Positions 1 to 9,468 of a DNA stretch of 44,597 nucleotides are shown one piece after another. Location: positions 1 to 44,597 of IMG/VR virus record IMGVR_UViG_3300010398_000015; one strand, 5' to 3'. The notes under the pieces were generated by a model, which saw nothing but the letters and a program-made list of their open reading frames with translations, was not told the origin of the DNA and searched no databases. Numbering within the stretch: position 1 is the stretch's first letter; every line of letters starts with the position of its first letter. Both the position numbers and the translations under genes were made by a program. The stretch is from a virus (lineage: Duplodnaviria; Caudoviricetes).

Positions 1-201
1 CAATTCCTGAACCACTTCCTCGACGGCGGTCTGCAACGTGGCGTCGTCGATGGCGGAGCCCTGCGTCTGGACGTTCGGGTCCATCACGGTCGGCGGCTGC
101 ACCTGCCCCGCGACTATGTCCGGGTTCTGATAGCAGTTCGCCGCCCACTTCATGCGCGCGTTATGCGCCGTGACGCTGGATGGCTCGTTCATGATGTAGG
201 C
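1..201. repeat. Imperfect terminal direct repeat, left copy (pairs with 44397-44597)
   Basis: Manual ungapped alignment: 201 nt with 15 substitutions; the first 63 nt are identical. Confidence 0.95.
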
Positions 202-333
202 CGCGAACTTGAGACACGCCGTTTTCACGCGGCCCCGGAAGTTGTAGTCGCTCATCAGCTGGGATGACTGCTCGTAAGACAACGTCGTGGCTGGCGGAAT
301 CGGCACGATAGGATTGGGCGGCGATGGCGTCAT
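1..333 (-). CDS. Small protein downstream of the tail fibre (~112 aa, runs off the window edge); possible fibre-associated protein
   Basis: ATG at 333 overlaps the fibre TGA (ATGA). Reads MTPSPPNPIVP...FRGRVKTACLKFAAYIMNEPSSVTAHNARMKWAANC...VQEL; the other allele ends at the stop at 44391. Not in the ORF track. Confidence 0.85.
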   Translation of the reverse strand, partial: MTPSPPNPIVPIPPATTLSYEQSSQLMSDYNFRGRVKTACLKFAAYIMNEPSSVTAHNARMKWAANCYQNPDIVAGQVQPPTVMDPNVQTQGSAIDDATLQTAVEEVVQEL

Positions 334-3300
334 AACAGACCTTTCTCTCCCATCTTCCAGGCCAGCTGCTGCACGGCCAGGATCAAATGGAACAAAATTT
401 CGTGACTGTTGAAATCCAGAATCTCGATCTCTTCCTTGTCGCTATCGCGCAGCCTGCCGCGATGCGAGGGGCAGCAGCCGGGCAGCACGGCCTTCAGGTC
501 TTCAACAACGACCGAGACCACGCGCTGGCCCTGCGGGGTGTTATGCAGGCCGTTGTATTCGCCCTCCACCGGCTTGATCTGACTGATGATGGACAGGCCG
601 CCTTCGAGCGGCTTGACGTTCTGCTTGAGTCTCACATCGGAGGAGATCGTCCACGTGTTAGTGGAAAGTTTGGCGGCGTCGTCGGTCGAGACTTGCAACT
701 GATGAGAAGGACTGGTGGTTCCTATACCTACGCTGCCGCCAAGCGGATTGAGACAGAGCGGATAAGCGTTGCCGCTCGCCGTACAGTGACGCATCTGTAA
801 GTGACCGAAGCCGTTGCCGTCGGTAAAGAGCGCCAATTCAGTTACCCCGGCGGTGCCGAACACTGCCGTGGCGGCGCTCTGCGAAGTCAGGCTAGGGCTG
901 CTGTTGGCCGCGCAGAGAGCCGTGATTCCCCCATACGGCGTGCCGTTGATGGCTTGGTTCCCAATGCCGACCTTCCCGCCGTAAGCCGAAGTGGCGTTGC
1001 CCCAAACGAGAGGAACGTCCGCGCCGCCTTGCCGATAGCCGAATACGCAGCCCGCCGTGCCGCCAGCGAAGTACATCGAGCCCACGTAAGCGCCGTAGTC
1101 CTGGTTGTAATCGACGCCAATGGAAATCCTCCCGGCAGGAACGGTCGCAGAGATGCCGCCGATACCCTGAACGAACAAGCGAGTGTTGGTTGGCAGCGTG
1201 CCTCCCGGATTAGTGGTAGATACTGTCAACAGCGCGGTCGGCGCTGTGTTCCCGATGCCCACGTTGCCATTGGCCAAAACGGTAAGCATCGAATTAAACG
1301 AAGCTGGATTTATATTGGGGGCGCTGTGAAGGACAGAGTATGAGCCGACAGTCGCCGCACTAATCGTTTGGACAACCCAGGCATCGCGGGTGCTGTCGCG
1401 TAGATGCCAATTCGTCCCGTCATTCCAAGCATTCGCGCATAGCTGCACATATCCATTTCCATTAGCCGCCAAATTAATAACGCAAAAGTCCAACGTGCCG
1501 GGACCAGTGGTGGGGCCAATGGTGACATTGGTCTGAATGCCTTGACCCATGTTCACGCCGCTCGATACGTGGAGGAGAGATGCGGGCGACGTGGTTCCGA
1601 TGCCCACGTTGCCCGCGCTCGACACTGTTAAACGCGCCACACGACTGTTACCAGCAGCGCCGGGGGTTTTCGTAGCCACGGACCAGTTAGCTGAAAAGTT
1701 GCCATCTTCAGACGATTGCAAACTAACAAGCACAGATTGCGACATAGTGCCATTAGAGTAGAATATGGCTCCGCCCGCTCCCGCGCCGCCGCCCTGATTG
1801 TCAAGAGTCAGGGCTGGAGCAAGGGAGCCTGCCGAATCCCGCCGCCCATATATAAGCGATTGCGGAGTGCCGCCAATGCCAAGCAAATTGCTGGTATTAT
1901 CCCAAAAAAGATTAGCGGAAGCCCCAAACGCGCCAGCGTTATTAAACTGAATCTGTCCCGTTGAGCCAGCAGGAGAGCCGGGAGCGGACCCATTAATGGT
2001 ATTAATGTTTTGCAGATTAATCAGCGTTCCACCACCAGTGACAGCAAACGGAGATCCGCCCAACCGATAGGATTGCGGAAGAGCAATATTAATGTCTCCC
2101 GATACGTCTAACTTATAATTCGGACCCGAAGTTCCGATCCCTACATTACCGGACGTATCCATCCGAAATCTCTCTACTAGATTCTGAATCCAGACAAAAG
2201 GCTGAGGCCCTAATTGTATGAGGGCACAGTTGGGAACAGTGGCATTCGTACTACCTTGCATCTTCAGATAAACACCATTACCCGCATCGTTTTGCAGATA
2301 AATTTGAGCTTGAAATGTTGGTCTGCTATCGTAAATACGAATCCCACCAAGTGGAACGGATGGAGTACCCTCGATATTTAGGCCATACGTAGATGGAGTC
2401 GTCGCATTGCCGCAACCGATTCCTCCACATCCAGTAAGCGTATTACCAGCGGCAACGATAGTTTGAGTCCAAGGAGTTTGCGGCTGACCCGGAGCGGCCC
2501 CGTTGATGTTGCTAATATTTTGTAGATTGATTAACGTTCCCCCGCCACTGACGGCAAATGGGGAACCACCAATCCTATAAGACCGTCCTAAATTAATGTT
2601 GATGTCACCAGCCACATCCAACGCATAGTTCGGACCCGTAGTATTAATGCCAACATTTCCATTAGACCCAGATACAACCAAAAACGGAGCATTGTTAATC
2701 TTCAACTGTAGTTGAGCCGGAGAGAAAGCCGCGCCAATCTGAAATAACTGAGTGGGAGTTTGAAATGCAATATCCGTGGTTACAACTCCGGCTCCTATAT
2801 TATTGAGATAAAGTACGGTATTCCCTCCCGCTCCAGTAAGACTTGCGGCATAAAGGGAGGCATTCGTCTGTACAACAACAATTTCGGAAGCATTATTGAG
2901 AGCAAAGGAGGCCGCATCGATGTTACTGGCCCAAGGAGTCTGAACCATCGAGGCAATAGGATTCCCATTAATGTTGGCTATATTGATGAGATTGACATTG
3001 GAACTCGGTCCCTGAACAGCAAAGGGAAAGCCACCTAATCTATAAGACTGGGGAAGTGCAATGTCTATATCACCAACTACGTCTAAAGCATAGTTGGGGC
3101 TAACCGTTTTGATTCCTAATCGATTGTTTACATTGTCCCAAAATAGATTAGCACTACCACCAAAAGACGTGCCCGCACTGTTAAACTGTACATATCCCGC
3201 AGAACCTCCTGGGGATGTACCTCCTCCAGTCCCAGATGGCACGGCCCAAGTAGAATCTTCGCGAAGAAATCTCGTAGCACCAACAGTTGCACCAGGATCT

Positions 3301-4202
3301 GGTACAGCACCTAAAGAATGTCCAGCACCAGAGGGGCCAAAGGGAACACTAACTATAGTGCGATTAGCTGAAAGATCTCCACCACCAGATAAACCAGCAC
3401 CCGTGGCAATAATTCTCGTTGCCGGAACAGGGGCGGCCCCGTTGATGTTACCTACATTAATCAGATTGACGGCCCCACCAGTACCCTGAACCGCAAATGG
3501 AATTCCACCTAAACGATATGAACTTGGAAGGGAAATATCAATATCCCCAAAAACATCAAGCGCGTAGTTTGGGCTACTGGTATTGATTCCTAAACGACGG
3601 TTGGTGTAATCCCAAACGAAATACTGAGATGCGGAGAAATTACCACCCTGATTAAATTGAACTTGACCGTCCGACCCGGAAGCATGGGCGCTGATGGAGA
3701 TACTCTGACCATCAGGACTTTCTGGGGTTATCGTTATGTTGTTCCCACCAACTAAATTGACATCTCCAGCTATTCCATTAATTGAACCAACCCCTGCTCC
3801 AATCGTGCGCGGCCCGATCCCAGGATTAAGGAATGAGTTACGAGTTGCTTCCGCATAACCGACATCCAGAACACTAGTCTCCGAGAAACCAGCCTTATAG
3901 AACAAATCCTCAGAGTTTCCAATGCTTGGCTCAGATCCAGCCTTCTTGAATATCAGGTAATAAGACGCACCCAGGATGAGCGACCAATTTATGTTAATAG
4001 CATGGTCGCCATCCAGGACTTGTGGACCAAAAGCCGACACCCCCATTGCAGACGTAGCAACAGCGGTGTTATCGCTGGTGTACGCCACGACAATATAGAA
4101 GTACTGAACCGTCGTAACTCCCGGAACAGATTCTCCGATATATCTTACGGAGGTCGGGATTACTACGGCGGACGTACCATTGCCTATGGGGTAACGGCTC
4201 AT
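330..4202 (-). CDS. Long tail fibre / receptor-binding protein with C-terminal Peptidase_S74-type intramolecular chaperone
   Basis: 1290 aa, rich in G/N/S/T, many GNVGIGT-type repeats, four PNYALDV.GDI.I.L..SYRLGG.PFAV modules, C-terminal SDVRLKQNV autocleavage motif. Confidence 0.9.
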   Translation of the reverse strand: MSRYPIGNGTSAVVIPTSVRYIGESVPGVTTVQYFYIVVAYTSDNTAVATSAMGVSAFGPQVLDGDHAININWSLILGASYYLIFKKAGSEPSIGNSEDLFYKAGFSETSVLDVGYAEATRNSFLNPGIGPRTIGAGVGSINGIAGDVNLVGGNNITITPESPDGQSISISAHASGSDGQVQFNQGGNFSASQYFVWDYTNRRLGINTSSPNYALDVFGDIDISLPSSYRLGGIPFAVQGTGGAVNLINVGNINGAAPVPATRIIATGAGLSGGGDLSANRTIVSVPFGPSGAGHSLGAVPDPGATVGATRFLREDSTWAVPSGTGGGTSPGGSAGYVQFNSAGTSFGGSANLFWDNVNNRLGIKTVSPNYALDVVGDIDIALPQSYRLGGFPFAVQGPSSNVNLINIANINGNPIASMVQTPWASNIDAASFALNNASEIVVVQTNASLYAASLTGAGGNTVLYLNNIGAGVVTTDIAFQTPTQLFQIGAAFSPAQLQLKINNAPFLVVSGSNGNVGINTTGPNYALDVAGDININLGRSYRIGGSPFAVSGGGTLINLQNISNINGAAPGQPQTPWTQTIVAAGNTLTGCGGIGCGNATTPSTYGLNIEGTPSVPLGGIRIYDSRPTFQAQIYLQNDAGNGVYLKMQGSTNATVPNCALIQLGPQPFVWIQNLVERFRMDTSGNVGIGTSGPNYKLDVSGDINIALPQSYRLGGSPFAVTGGGTLINLQNINTINGSAPGSPAGSTGQIQFNNAGAFGASANLFWDNTSNLLGIGGTPQSLIYGRRDSAGSLAPALTLDNQGGGAGAGGAIFYSNGTMSQSVLVSLQSSEDGNFSANWSVATKTPGAAGNSRVARLTVSSAGNVGIGTTSPASLLHVSSGVNMGQGIQTNVTIGPTTGPGTLDFCVINLAANGNGYVQLCANAWNDGTNWHLRDSTRDAWVVQTISAATVGSYSVLHSAPNINPASFNSMLTVLANGNVGIGNTAPTALLTVSTTNPGGTLPTNTRLFVQGIGGISATVPAGRISIGVDYNQDYGAYVGSMYFAGGTAGCVFGYRQGGADVPLVWGNATSAYGGKVGIGNQAINGTPYGGITALCAANSSPSLTSQSAATAVFGTAGVTELALFTDGNGFGHLQMRHCTASGNAYPLCLNPLGGSVGIGTTSPSHQLQVSTDDAAKLSTNTWTISSDVRLKQNVKPLEGGLSIISQIKPVEGEYNGLHNTPQGQRVVSVVVEDLKAVLPGCCPSHRGRLRDSDKEEIEILDFNSHEILFHLILAVQQLAWKMGEKGLL

Positions 4203-4213
4203 GGCGTGAAGAC

Positions 4214-4546
4214 TTAACTCCTAGTTGTTGCCGGGAAACCAATATCTTTCACGCCCAACTCAGACGTGAAGGCCGCCCAAGGATCTCCCGTCGTAACGGG
4301 CGCCGACCCTGCCGCGCGGAATAACTGATAAGCAATTGCACCAACTTGCGGGGACCATTGGACGTTCACGATATCTATCCCATTAAGACCCGCGTTGGCA
4401 ACTGGTCCCGTACTGTTGGTCACGCCGGTTCCGACTGTCCCACCAGGGAATATCGGAATCAGAGTATAGAACCAGTTGGTCATTGTAACACCAGGTATGT
4501 AGGTTCCTTGATACCTAGCTTGTAGCGAGAAAACCGGTTGAGTCAT
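4214..4546 (-). CDS. Stand-alone paralogue of the tail fibre N-terminal (beta-sandwich-like) domain
   Basis: Aligns by eye with fibre aa ~15-122 (RYQGTYIPGVT/RYIGESVPGVT; NVQWS..GAIAYQLFRAAGSAP/NINWS..GASYYLIFKKAGSEP). Confidence 0.75.
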   Translation of the reverse strand: MTQPVFSLQARYQGTYIPGVTMTNWFYTLIPIFPGGTVGTGVTNSTGPVANAGLNGIDIVNVQWSPQVGAIAYQLFRAAGSAPVTTGDPWAAFTSELGVKDIGFPATTRS

Positions 4547-4547
4547 A

Positions 4548-5744
4548 TTATCCTCCTAAACTTGCCAATTTCGTTTCGAGTTCAGCAATTCGTGCTTCGA
4601 GTATGCTGATGTTAGCGGGATTGATTTGGACGGGGACACCGTTAATGCGGTAGGTGCCGGTAATGTTTAGATCACCGACAACATCTAACGCGTATGCAGG
4701 AGCTAGGTTGTTGACACCGATGAAACCACTCGCTGTGGGCATAATGTTATCGATGTTTAAAATCACATGTCCAAGACCGGAGGGGACCGCTTGAGGATTA
4801 GTGCGGGCCAAGCTAGCAGCGGATACAAACTGGACTCCAGCAACGTAGTATCCAGCAGAGGTGTCTACCGGACCATTGACGTATAGAGCGTAGGCCGTTC
4901 CTCCAATAGGGGGTGGAGCATTGGAGTTAATAATCACCATCCCACCCTCGTTGTAATAGATCCCGTTGCCTAATCCCTGATAAACATACCAGTCGCCTAG
5001 TTGTTTACCACCCCTGGAGAAATATCCAGTATTGTTGACATCAATGGTCTGGACACCAGACAACGAGTATCCCGAGCCGTTTATATTCTGGGTCCAAGGA
5101 GTCTGTGCGCCTCCTGGTCCTGTGGGACCTTGGGGACCTGTAGCGCCTGTAGGACCCTGTGGTCCTGTAGCTCCTGTAGCTCCCGTAGTTCCAGGGGGAC
5201 CAGGAGATCCAGTAGGTCCAGTAGAACCGGGGGGTCCCTGAATCCCTGCTGGTCCCGCTGGACCCTGAACTTTACCAACATTTACCCAACCAGATACAGT
5301 CCAGACCCAGAGATTTCCAGTATCATTAGTGATGTAACCATCACCAATGTTTGCCGATGGTGGTAGAGCCGAGGCCGTAGCTACAGATCCTACAATAGTT
5401 GTAGCATGACCTGGAGGACCTACGGCTCCTGTGGAACCTTGAGGACCTGGAGGTCCTTGTGCGCCTGTTGCACCAGTGGCACCAGTGGCTCCGGTTGCAC
5501 CGGGAGGTCCTGGGGGACCTTGAGTCCCACCACTACCGCTACCACCAAAAGGAGTTCCATTAAGCCGATAAGTAAAACCAGCGGCATTACCTGGATCACT
5601 GATGTTGATATCTCCCGAGATATCCAACGCCCAATCAGGGACCTTGCCAGTTCCTAGCCAACGAAAGCCGTACTTATCCGGGACCGTAGGAAGAGTTGCC
5701 GCGGCGAATGGGGTTGCAACATTTCGACGTATTGTAGAGATCAT
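4548..5744 (-). CDS. Collagen-like (Gly-X-Y) fibre protein
   Basis: Two GPP/GAT/GPQ triplet tracts, ALDI/VxGDxNI modules shared with the long fibre, C-terminal coiled coil. Confidence 0.85.
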   Translation of the reverse strand: MISTIRRNVATPFAAATLPTVPDKYGFRWLGTGKVPDWALDISGDINISDPGNAAGFTYRLNGTPFGGSGSGGTQGPPGPPGATGATGATGATGAQGPPGPQGSTGAVGPPGHATTIVGSVATASALPPSANIGDGYITNDTGNLWVWTVSGWVNVGKVQGPAGPAGIQGPPGSTGPTGSPGPPGTTGATGATGPQGPTGATGPQGPTGPGGAQTPWTQNINGSGYSLSGVQTIDVNNTGYFSRGGKQLGDWYVYQGLGNGIYYNEGGMVIINSNAPPPIGGTAYALYVNGPVDTSAGYYVAGVQFVSAASLARTNPQAVPSGLGHVILNIDNIMPTASGFIGVNNLAPAYALDVVGDLNITGTYRINGVPVQINPANISILEARIAELETKLASLGG

Positions 5745-5902
5745 TTGTTCATCTCGCGAGCCAAACTACCTCGTAATTTCCTCGATGGAACTCTGTTCTC
5801 CCCTCCCAATCCTCTCACAGGAGATCTCGCGGCGCGCGCAGCCCTAGCGAATCCCTTCCTCTTCCCTCTCTCGAGAGCTTCGATTTTCTTCCGACGAGCC
5901 AT
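5741..5902 (-). CDS. Small, very basic protein (53 aa)
   Basis: Not in the ORF track. TAATG overlap upstream and ATGA overlap downstream; [53 protein letters not shown]. Confidence 0.75.
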   Translation of the reverse strand: MARRKKIEALERGKRKGFARAARAARSPVRGLGGENRVPSRKLRGSLAREMNK

Positions 5903-6165
5903 TACTTGTACCTCTTTCCCGTGAGATTCTCTGCGAAAGATTTTCCTTGCCTTCTAGACCGGGTGGCGGGGCGCCGCACTTCTCCTCCGAGCCCACTAAT
6001 TCTGGCGCTGGAGTGAAGCTCATGCTTCTCCTCCGCCTTACGACCTTTCTCAGTAGTCTTCGATCCACGCATGAGACCCCTCGCGTTCATGATTTTATAC
6101 GGAATGGAACTATCCTTGCCGTATTGTTTTTTCAATTTCTTCTCGAGAAACTTCGGCATTGTCAT
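5902..6165 (-). CDS. Small, very basic protein (87 aa)
   Basis: Lys/Arg-rich, tightly packed in the operon, shares the GLGGE motif with the downstream gene. Confidence 0.7.
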   Translation of the reverse strand: MTMPKFLEKKLKKQYGKDSSIPYKIMNARGLMRGSKTTEKGRKAEEKHELHSSARISGLGGEVRRPATRSRRQGKSFAENLTGKRYK

Positions 6166-6460
6166 TCACCCGATGTGACTTCTCAAGCTCTCTCCTAATT
6201 CGAGGCCAGCTTGATAGCGCGTGTCCAACCGGCTTCATTCCGGGAGGACCTTGCATTCCATTTTCAGGATGCATTCTATTTCTGATGTCCGTCTCGATCT
6301 TATCTGAACGTTCACGCTCTCGCTCCACGATATCTTTAAAGAGGGTAACGGTAGTTTCAGCAGCCAGACATCGGTCACGCCAGCCGTCGCAGACGGCTGT
6401 ATGCACGGCAAGCTCACGTTTAGTGGTCCCTCCGAGCATGACGATGAGCCAATCAAACAT
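6110..6460 (-). CDS. Hypothetical protein
   Basis: Overlaps the terL stop; coiled-coil-like middle. Confidence 0.65.
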   Translation of the reverse strand: MFDWLIVMLGGTTKRELAVHTAVCDGWRDRCLAAETTVTLFKDIVERERERSDKIETDIRNRMHPENGMQGPPGMKPVGHALSSWPRIRRELEKSHRVNDNAEVSREEIEKTIRQG

Positions 6461-8090
6461 GATGCCTCATCCTCACCGGCATATCTGGTGGACGTTTCCG
6501 TTCCAACTTTTCCATCCCACGATAATAAGCGTTCCAATTTCCTGTGTCCTGTAACTTCTGAATTAGGTCGTTTTCTCTCCTACGAGACTCTCCTTGATCC
6601 TTCAAGGTTCCCAGGTATCGATCAACAGCCATGTTGAGATACCTAACAGTATCGTAAGGATCATCCCCATTGAACTCTCGAACGTCCTCAGCGGGTTTAT
6701 CCGATACGTTAGATTTCTTTTCATAAATGCAGAGGGGAATAGTGCGGCGGAGTTCCCGACAATCTGGGAATATCTGGAGCCTTGGGAGGACTTGAAGTTC
6801 CCTTCTATCTTGAAAGGAACTCGCGTAGGTTGTATAAGCCAAGGTTCCATCAACGCGCAGGATACGCATCGCGACCTCATGGTCGTACTCCGCCGTATTG
6901 GACGCGGCTTTTGCGGGAGCCTCTTTCCAACGAAGATATTCCTGAAGGAGCAACTTACCAGCTATTCTGTCATTATCCGCCTGACGAGCTATCAGACCAG
7001 AATACTTGGTGAATTGCTCTTGCTGAGTCATTTCGTCCCCTCGTTGTTGCCAGGCACTTCGACAGAGAACGATATCCGTAAACTTCTCACCTATCGAAAG
7101 GTTTCCCACCTCAGTCGCCCATGTTGATGTCTTAGCCTCCTTCTTTGTGTATTCCCTGTAAACGTATAGTCTATCATCCGGACTAAGCGCGCCCCAAAGC
7201 GCACAGGTCATTGCACTATAGCCCCAGTCGATCGCGAGGAATCGGAGCCACCAATCAGGGACCGTAAATGGCTGGCAGATATGACACGCATTATCGGGCT
7301 CACCGTCACTAGGCATCTCACGGTAATCAGAAAATACCTGCCCTTCAAATGAATCCCAAGATCCATATCTTTTCGCCGCGCGCTCAGCTTCGGGAAGAGA
7401 TTCCAGTCTGTTAACGTATTGCGGGTCGTTCGACATGAGATACGGATTATCCTCAGCGAAAGACTGGATAAATATTCTTTTGAGATTGGTTTTTCGATCG
7501 ACGATAATTGTATTCTTTGGAGCGGGGGTGATAAACAAGTCCCTAACCCACGCATGTCCAATATTTCCCGGATTTGTAGCAGATCGAACGATGGCGGGCA
7601 ATCTACTAGAAGAAGAACGGCACCGGGTTCGAGAGAGATAAACGTATTGTCCCTGAGTGAAGGAGGTAAGCTCGTCAAAAGCCATGTAATTGTATTCGGC
7701 AGTATCATATTTTCTGACGTCACTTTCGTACTCAACATGGCCGAACTGAATTAACGCGCCGGAGGGAAATTGCCAACGTTTCTTTTCCTCGTTGTATTTC
7801 CCTCCAGCTAGGGAGTACCAATCACGGCTTCGGACGATAATCTCACTCTCAAGCTCAGGAAATGTTCTACGGAAGATAATAGCTTTGAATCGAGGCTCTT
7901 GATAAAACCCTCTTATGATGGGAAGCATTAAGAGGAGTTCGGACTTCCCTCCACCGGCGGCACCACCGTAAAGAGCCTCGAAGATTGTATCAGGCAGAGA
8001 CGCAAATTGTTCCTGCCTCTTGTGCGGCTTCCATTCGCGGTTCGTCAAAGAGGAACGATCGACGTTTTGTTTATCGAACGACGGCCTCAT
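6453..8090 (-). CDS. terL: Terminase large subunit
   Basis: Walker A GGAAGGGKS, Walker B MAFDELT, coupling motif ATNPG, RNase H-like nuclease AIDWG and DDPYDTVRY. Confidence 0.95.
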   Translation of the reverse strand: MRPSFDKQNVDRSSLTNREWKPHKRQEQFASLPDTIFEALYGGAAGGGKSELLLMLPIIRGFYQEPRFKAIIFRRTFPELESEIIVRSRDWYSLAGGKYNEEKKRWQFPSGALIQFGHVEYESDVRKYDTAEYNYMAFDELTSFTQGQYVYLSRTRCRSSSSRLPAIVRSATNPGNIGHAWVRDLFITPAPKNTIIVDRKTNLKRIFIQSFAEDNPYLMSNDPQYVNRLESLPEAERAAKRYGSWDSFEGQVFSDYREMPSDGEPDNACHICQPFTVPDWWLRFLAIDWGYSAMTCALWGALSPDDRLYVYREYTKKEAKTSTWATEVGNLSIGEKFTDIVLCRSAWQQRGDEMTQQEQFTKYSGLIARQADNDRIAGKLLLQEYLRWKEAPAKAASNTAEYDHEVAMRILRVDGTLAYTTYASSFQDRRELQVLPRLQIFPDCRELRRTIPLCIYEKKSNVSDKPAEDVREFNGDDPYDTVRYLNMAVDRYLGTLKDQGESRRRENDLIQKLQDTGNWNAYYRGMEKLERKRPPDMPVRMRHHV

Positions 8091-8506
8091 TTCATCCCGA
8101 AACTTGGATCAATCTCAGGCACCCAGGCCCAAGCGTCCCCTCTTACGTACACATAATGGCCCCTGGCTTGGGAGTCGAATCTGGGCTCACCAGATTCCAG
8201 CCCAGTCTCCCTGGCGAGGAATCCATATACGGGCGGCGCACCCCAACCTGAGTCGATGGTTATCCAAACTCCTAGTGTACGAGAATCTGGGGCATTCGGG
8301 GGAGGTGTTTTGTCTTTTGGGTATGGAAGTAATACGTGACCCCGAGGCTTGAGATTCCTAGGCTTGAGATTCTCAGGTAGATTCCCAGACGTCCAGCCTA
8401 CAGGCACTTCGTTGTTGATGAAGGGATATGGATAGGAATAAAATTGCCCAGGGACGGCGAACTGTGGTCCAACTGGGGCGACTTCGAAAATAGGCTCTGG
8501 GGTCAT
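8087..8506 (-). CDS. Hypothetical Pro-rich protein between terS and terL
   Basis: AAAGGA RBS; ATGA overlap with terL. Confidence 0.7.
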   Translation of the reverse strand: MTPEPIFEVAPVGPQFAVPGQFYSYPYPFINNEVPVGWTSGNLPENLKPRNLKPRGHVLLPYPKDKTPPPNAPDSRTLGVWITIDSGWGAPPVYGFLARETGLESGEPRFDSQARGHYVYVRGDAWAWVPEIDPSFGMK

Positions 8507-8517
8507 ATCTTTTCCTT

Positions 8518-9174
8518 TTATATCTCAACTACCTCGAAGGACTTCTCACTCCGGATCTCAGGAGTATAAACAATCAGGTTGATATTACCTTGCCGATCCT
8601 TGTCGGGCATGGTTTTCTCCACGACACGAGACATGTTCGCCGCGATGTTTGCCAAATCGGTCGCCTTACAGCCGGATAATTTATCATCCGTTAAAAGACC
8701 AAGCGAGGCCATTAACCGGTCGAGAGCTTTATTACGAGCGATCTCAATCGCATGGGCAACTTCTGATTCATCACGGAGACCCAGTCCGGCATGTATTTGG
8801 GCTACCGCTTGCCGGGATATCCCGTGCTCTTGCGCGATAGTTTCTTGTTTGCGCCCACTAATCTTGGCGTCGATGGCGATTTCAGTTCGCTCCTCGACAG
8901 AAAGCCACGGTCCGCGTCTACCCGTGCGCGGAATGCTCCGGTGCTCGACTTGTTCGCAGTTGATAGCTCCGGCTGGTAATGACTGGATACTTCCGGATTC
9001 TTTCTCTTGTTGCCCGCTCTCCGCCGCTTCGGTTTCGATGCGGGCTTCCCTACTATGTCCCGTGGCATTTATAGACCTCTCCTGTTCTACTCGACGAGCA
9101 GCTAAGTTAAACCGATTAGCCAGGTTGTCTGGGCTAGACAATCGCTGCCGAGCCTGATCCTCAGTAATAAACAT
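8518..9174 (-). CDS. Putative terminase small subunit (HTH protein)
   Basis: HTH-like QETIAQEHGISRQAVAQI, helical C-terminal half, first gene of the packaging operon. Confidence 0.6.
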   Translation of the reverse strand: MFITEDQARQRLSSPDNLANRFNLAARRVEQERSINATGHSREARIETEAAESGQQEKESGSIQSLPAGAINCEQVEHRSIPRTGRRGPWLSVEERTEIAIDAKISGRKQETIAQEHGISRQAVAQIHAGLGLRDESEVAHAIEIARNKALDRLMASLGLLTDDKLSGCKATDLANIAANMSRVVEKTMPDKDRQGNINLIVYTPEIRSEKSFEVVEI

Positions 9175-9256
9175 ATAGAATTCCTAGGGGAAAGCTTTGA
9201 GATAGGCACGATCCAAGGGACCCATTAGATTTGAATACAACTTTCCCCTAAGCCCA

Positions 9257-9285
9257 AGTGTACCCCTACCCCCCTACAGAGTCAA
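9257..9285 (-). promoter_or_regulatory. Sigma70-type promoter for the late arm
   Basis: TTGACT (9285-9280), 17 nt spacer, TACACT (9262-9257) on the minus strand, ~80 nt upstream of the terS ATG. Confidence 0.7.
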
Positions 9286-9468
9286 GGAGAAAAATCGCCC
9301 TGTTTTCAACAACTTCCGAAAAAGGGGAGTAACGCTTCATCGCGTGAAGAGTTATTTCATATTTTAAAAATTGTAGGTGGAAGCTCTCCTTCTGACGAAC
9401 GAAAACGCGAGGAGGATCGACTTCGCCGCCGGAGTCCCTGGTCCCCAACGTCCTGGAGGACACCCACC

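Noticed and set aside
1-201. Diversity-generating retroelement TR/VR pair
   Set aside because: The mismatches are not adenine-specific on either strand and no reverse transcriptase is present.
387-1964. Plus-strand ORFs opposite the tail fibre
   Set aside because: Shadow ORFs of GC-rich coding sequence, with no RBS or motifs.
9266-9463. 65 aa minus-strand ORF upstream of terS
   Set aside because: GTG start without supporting motifs, and it runs over the predicted promoter.
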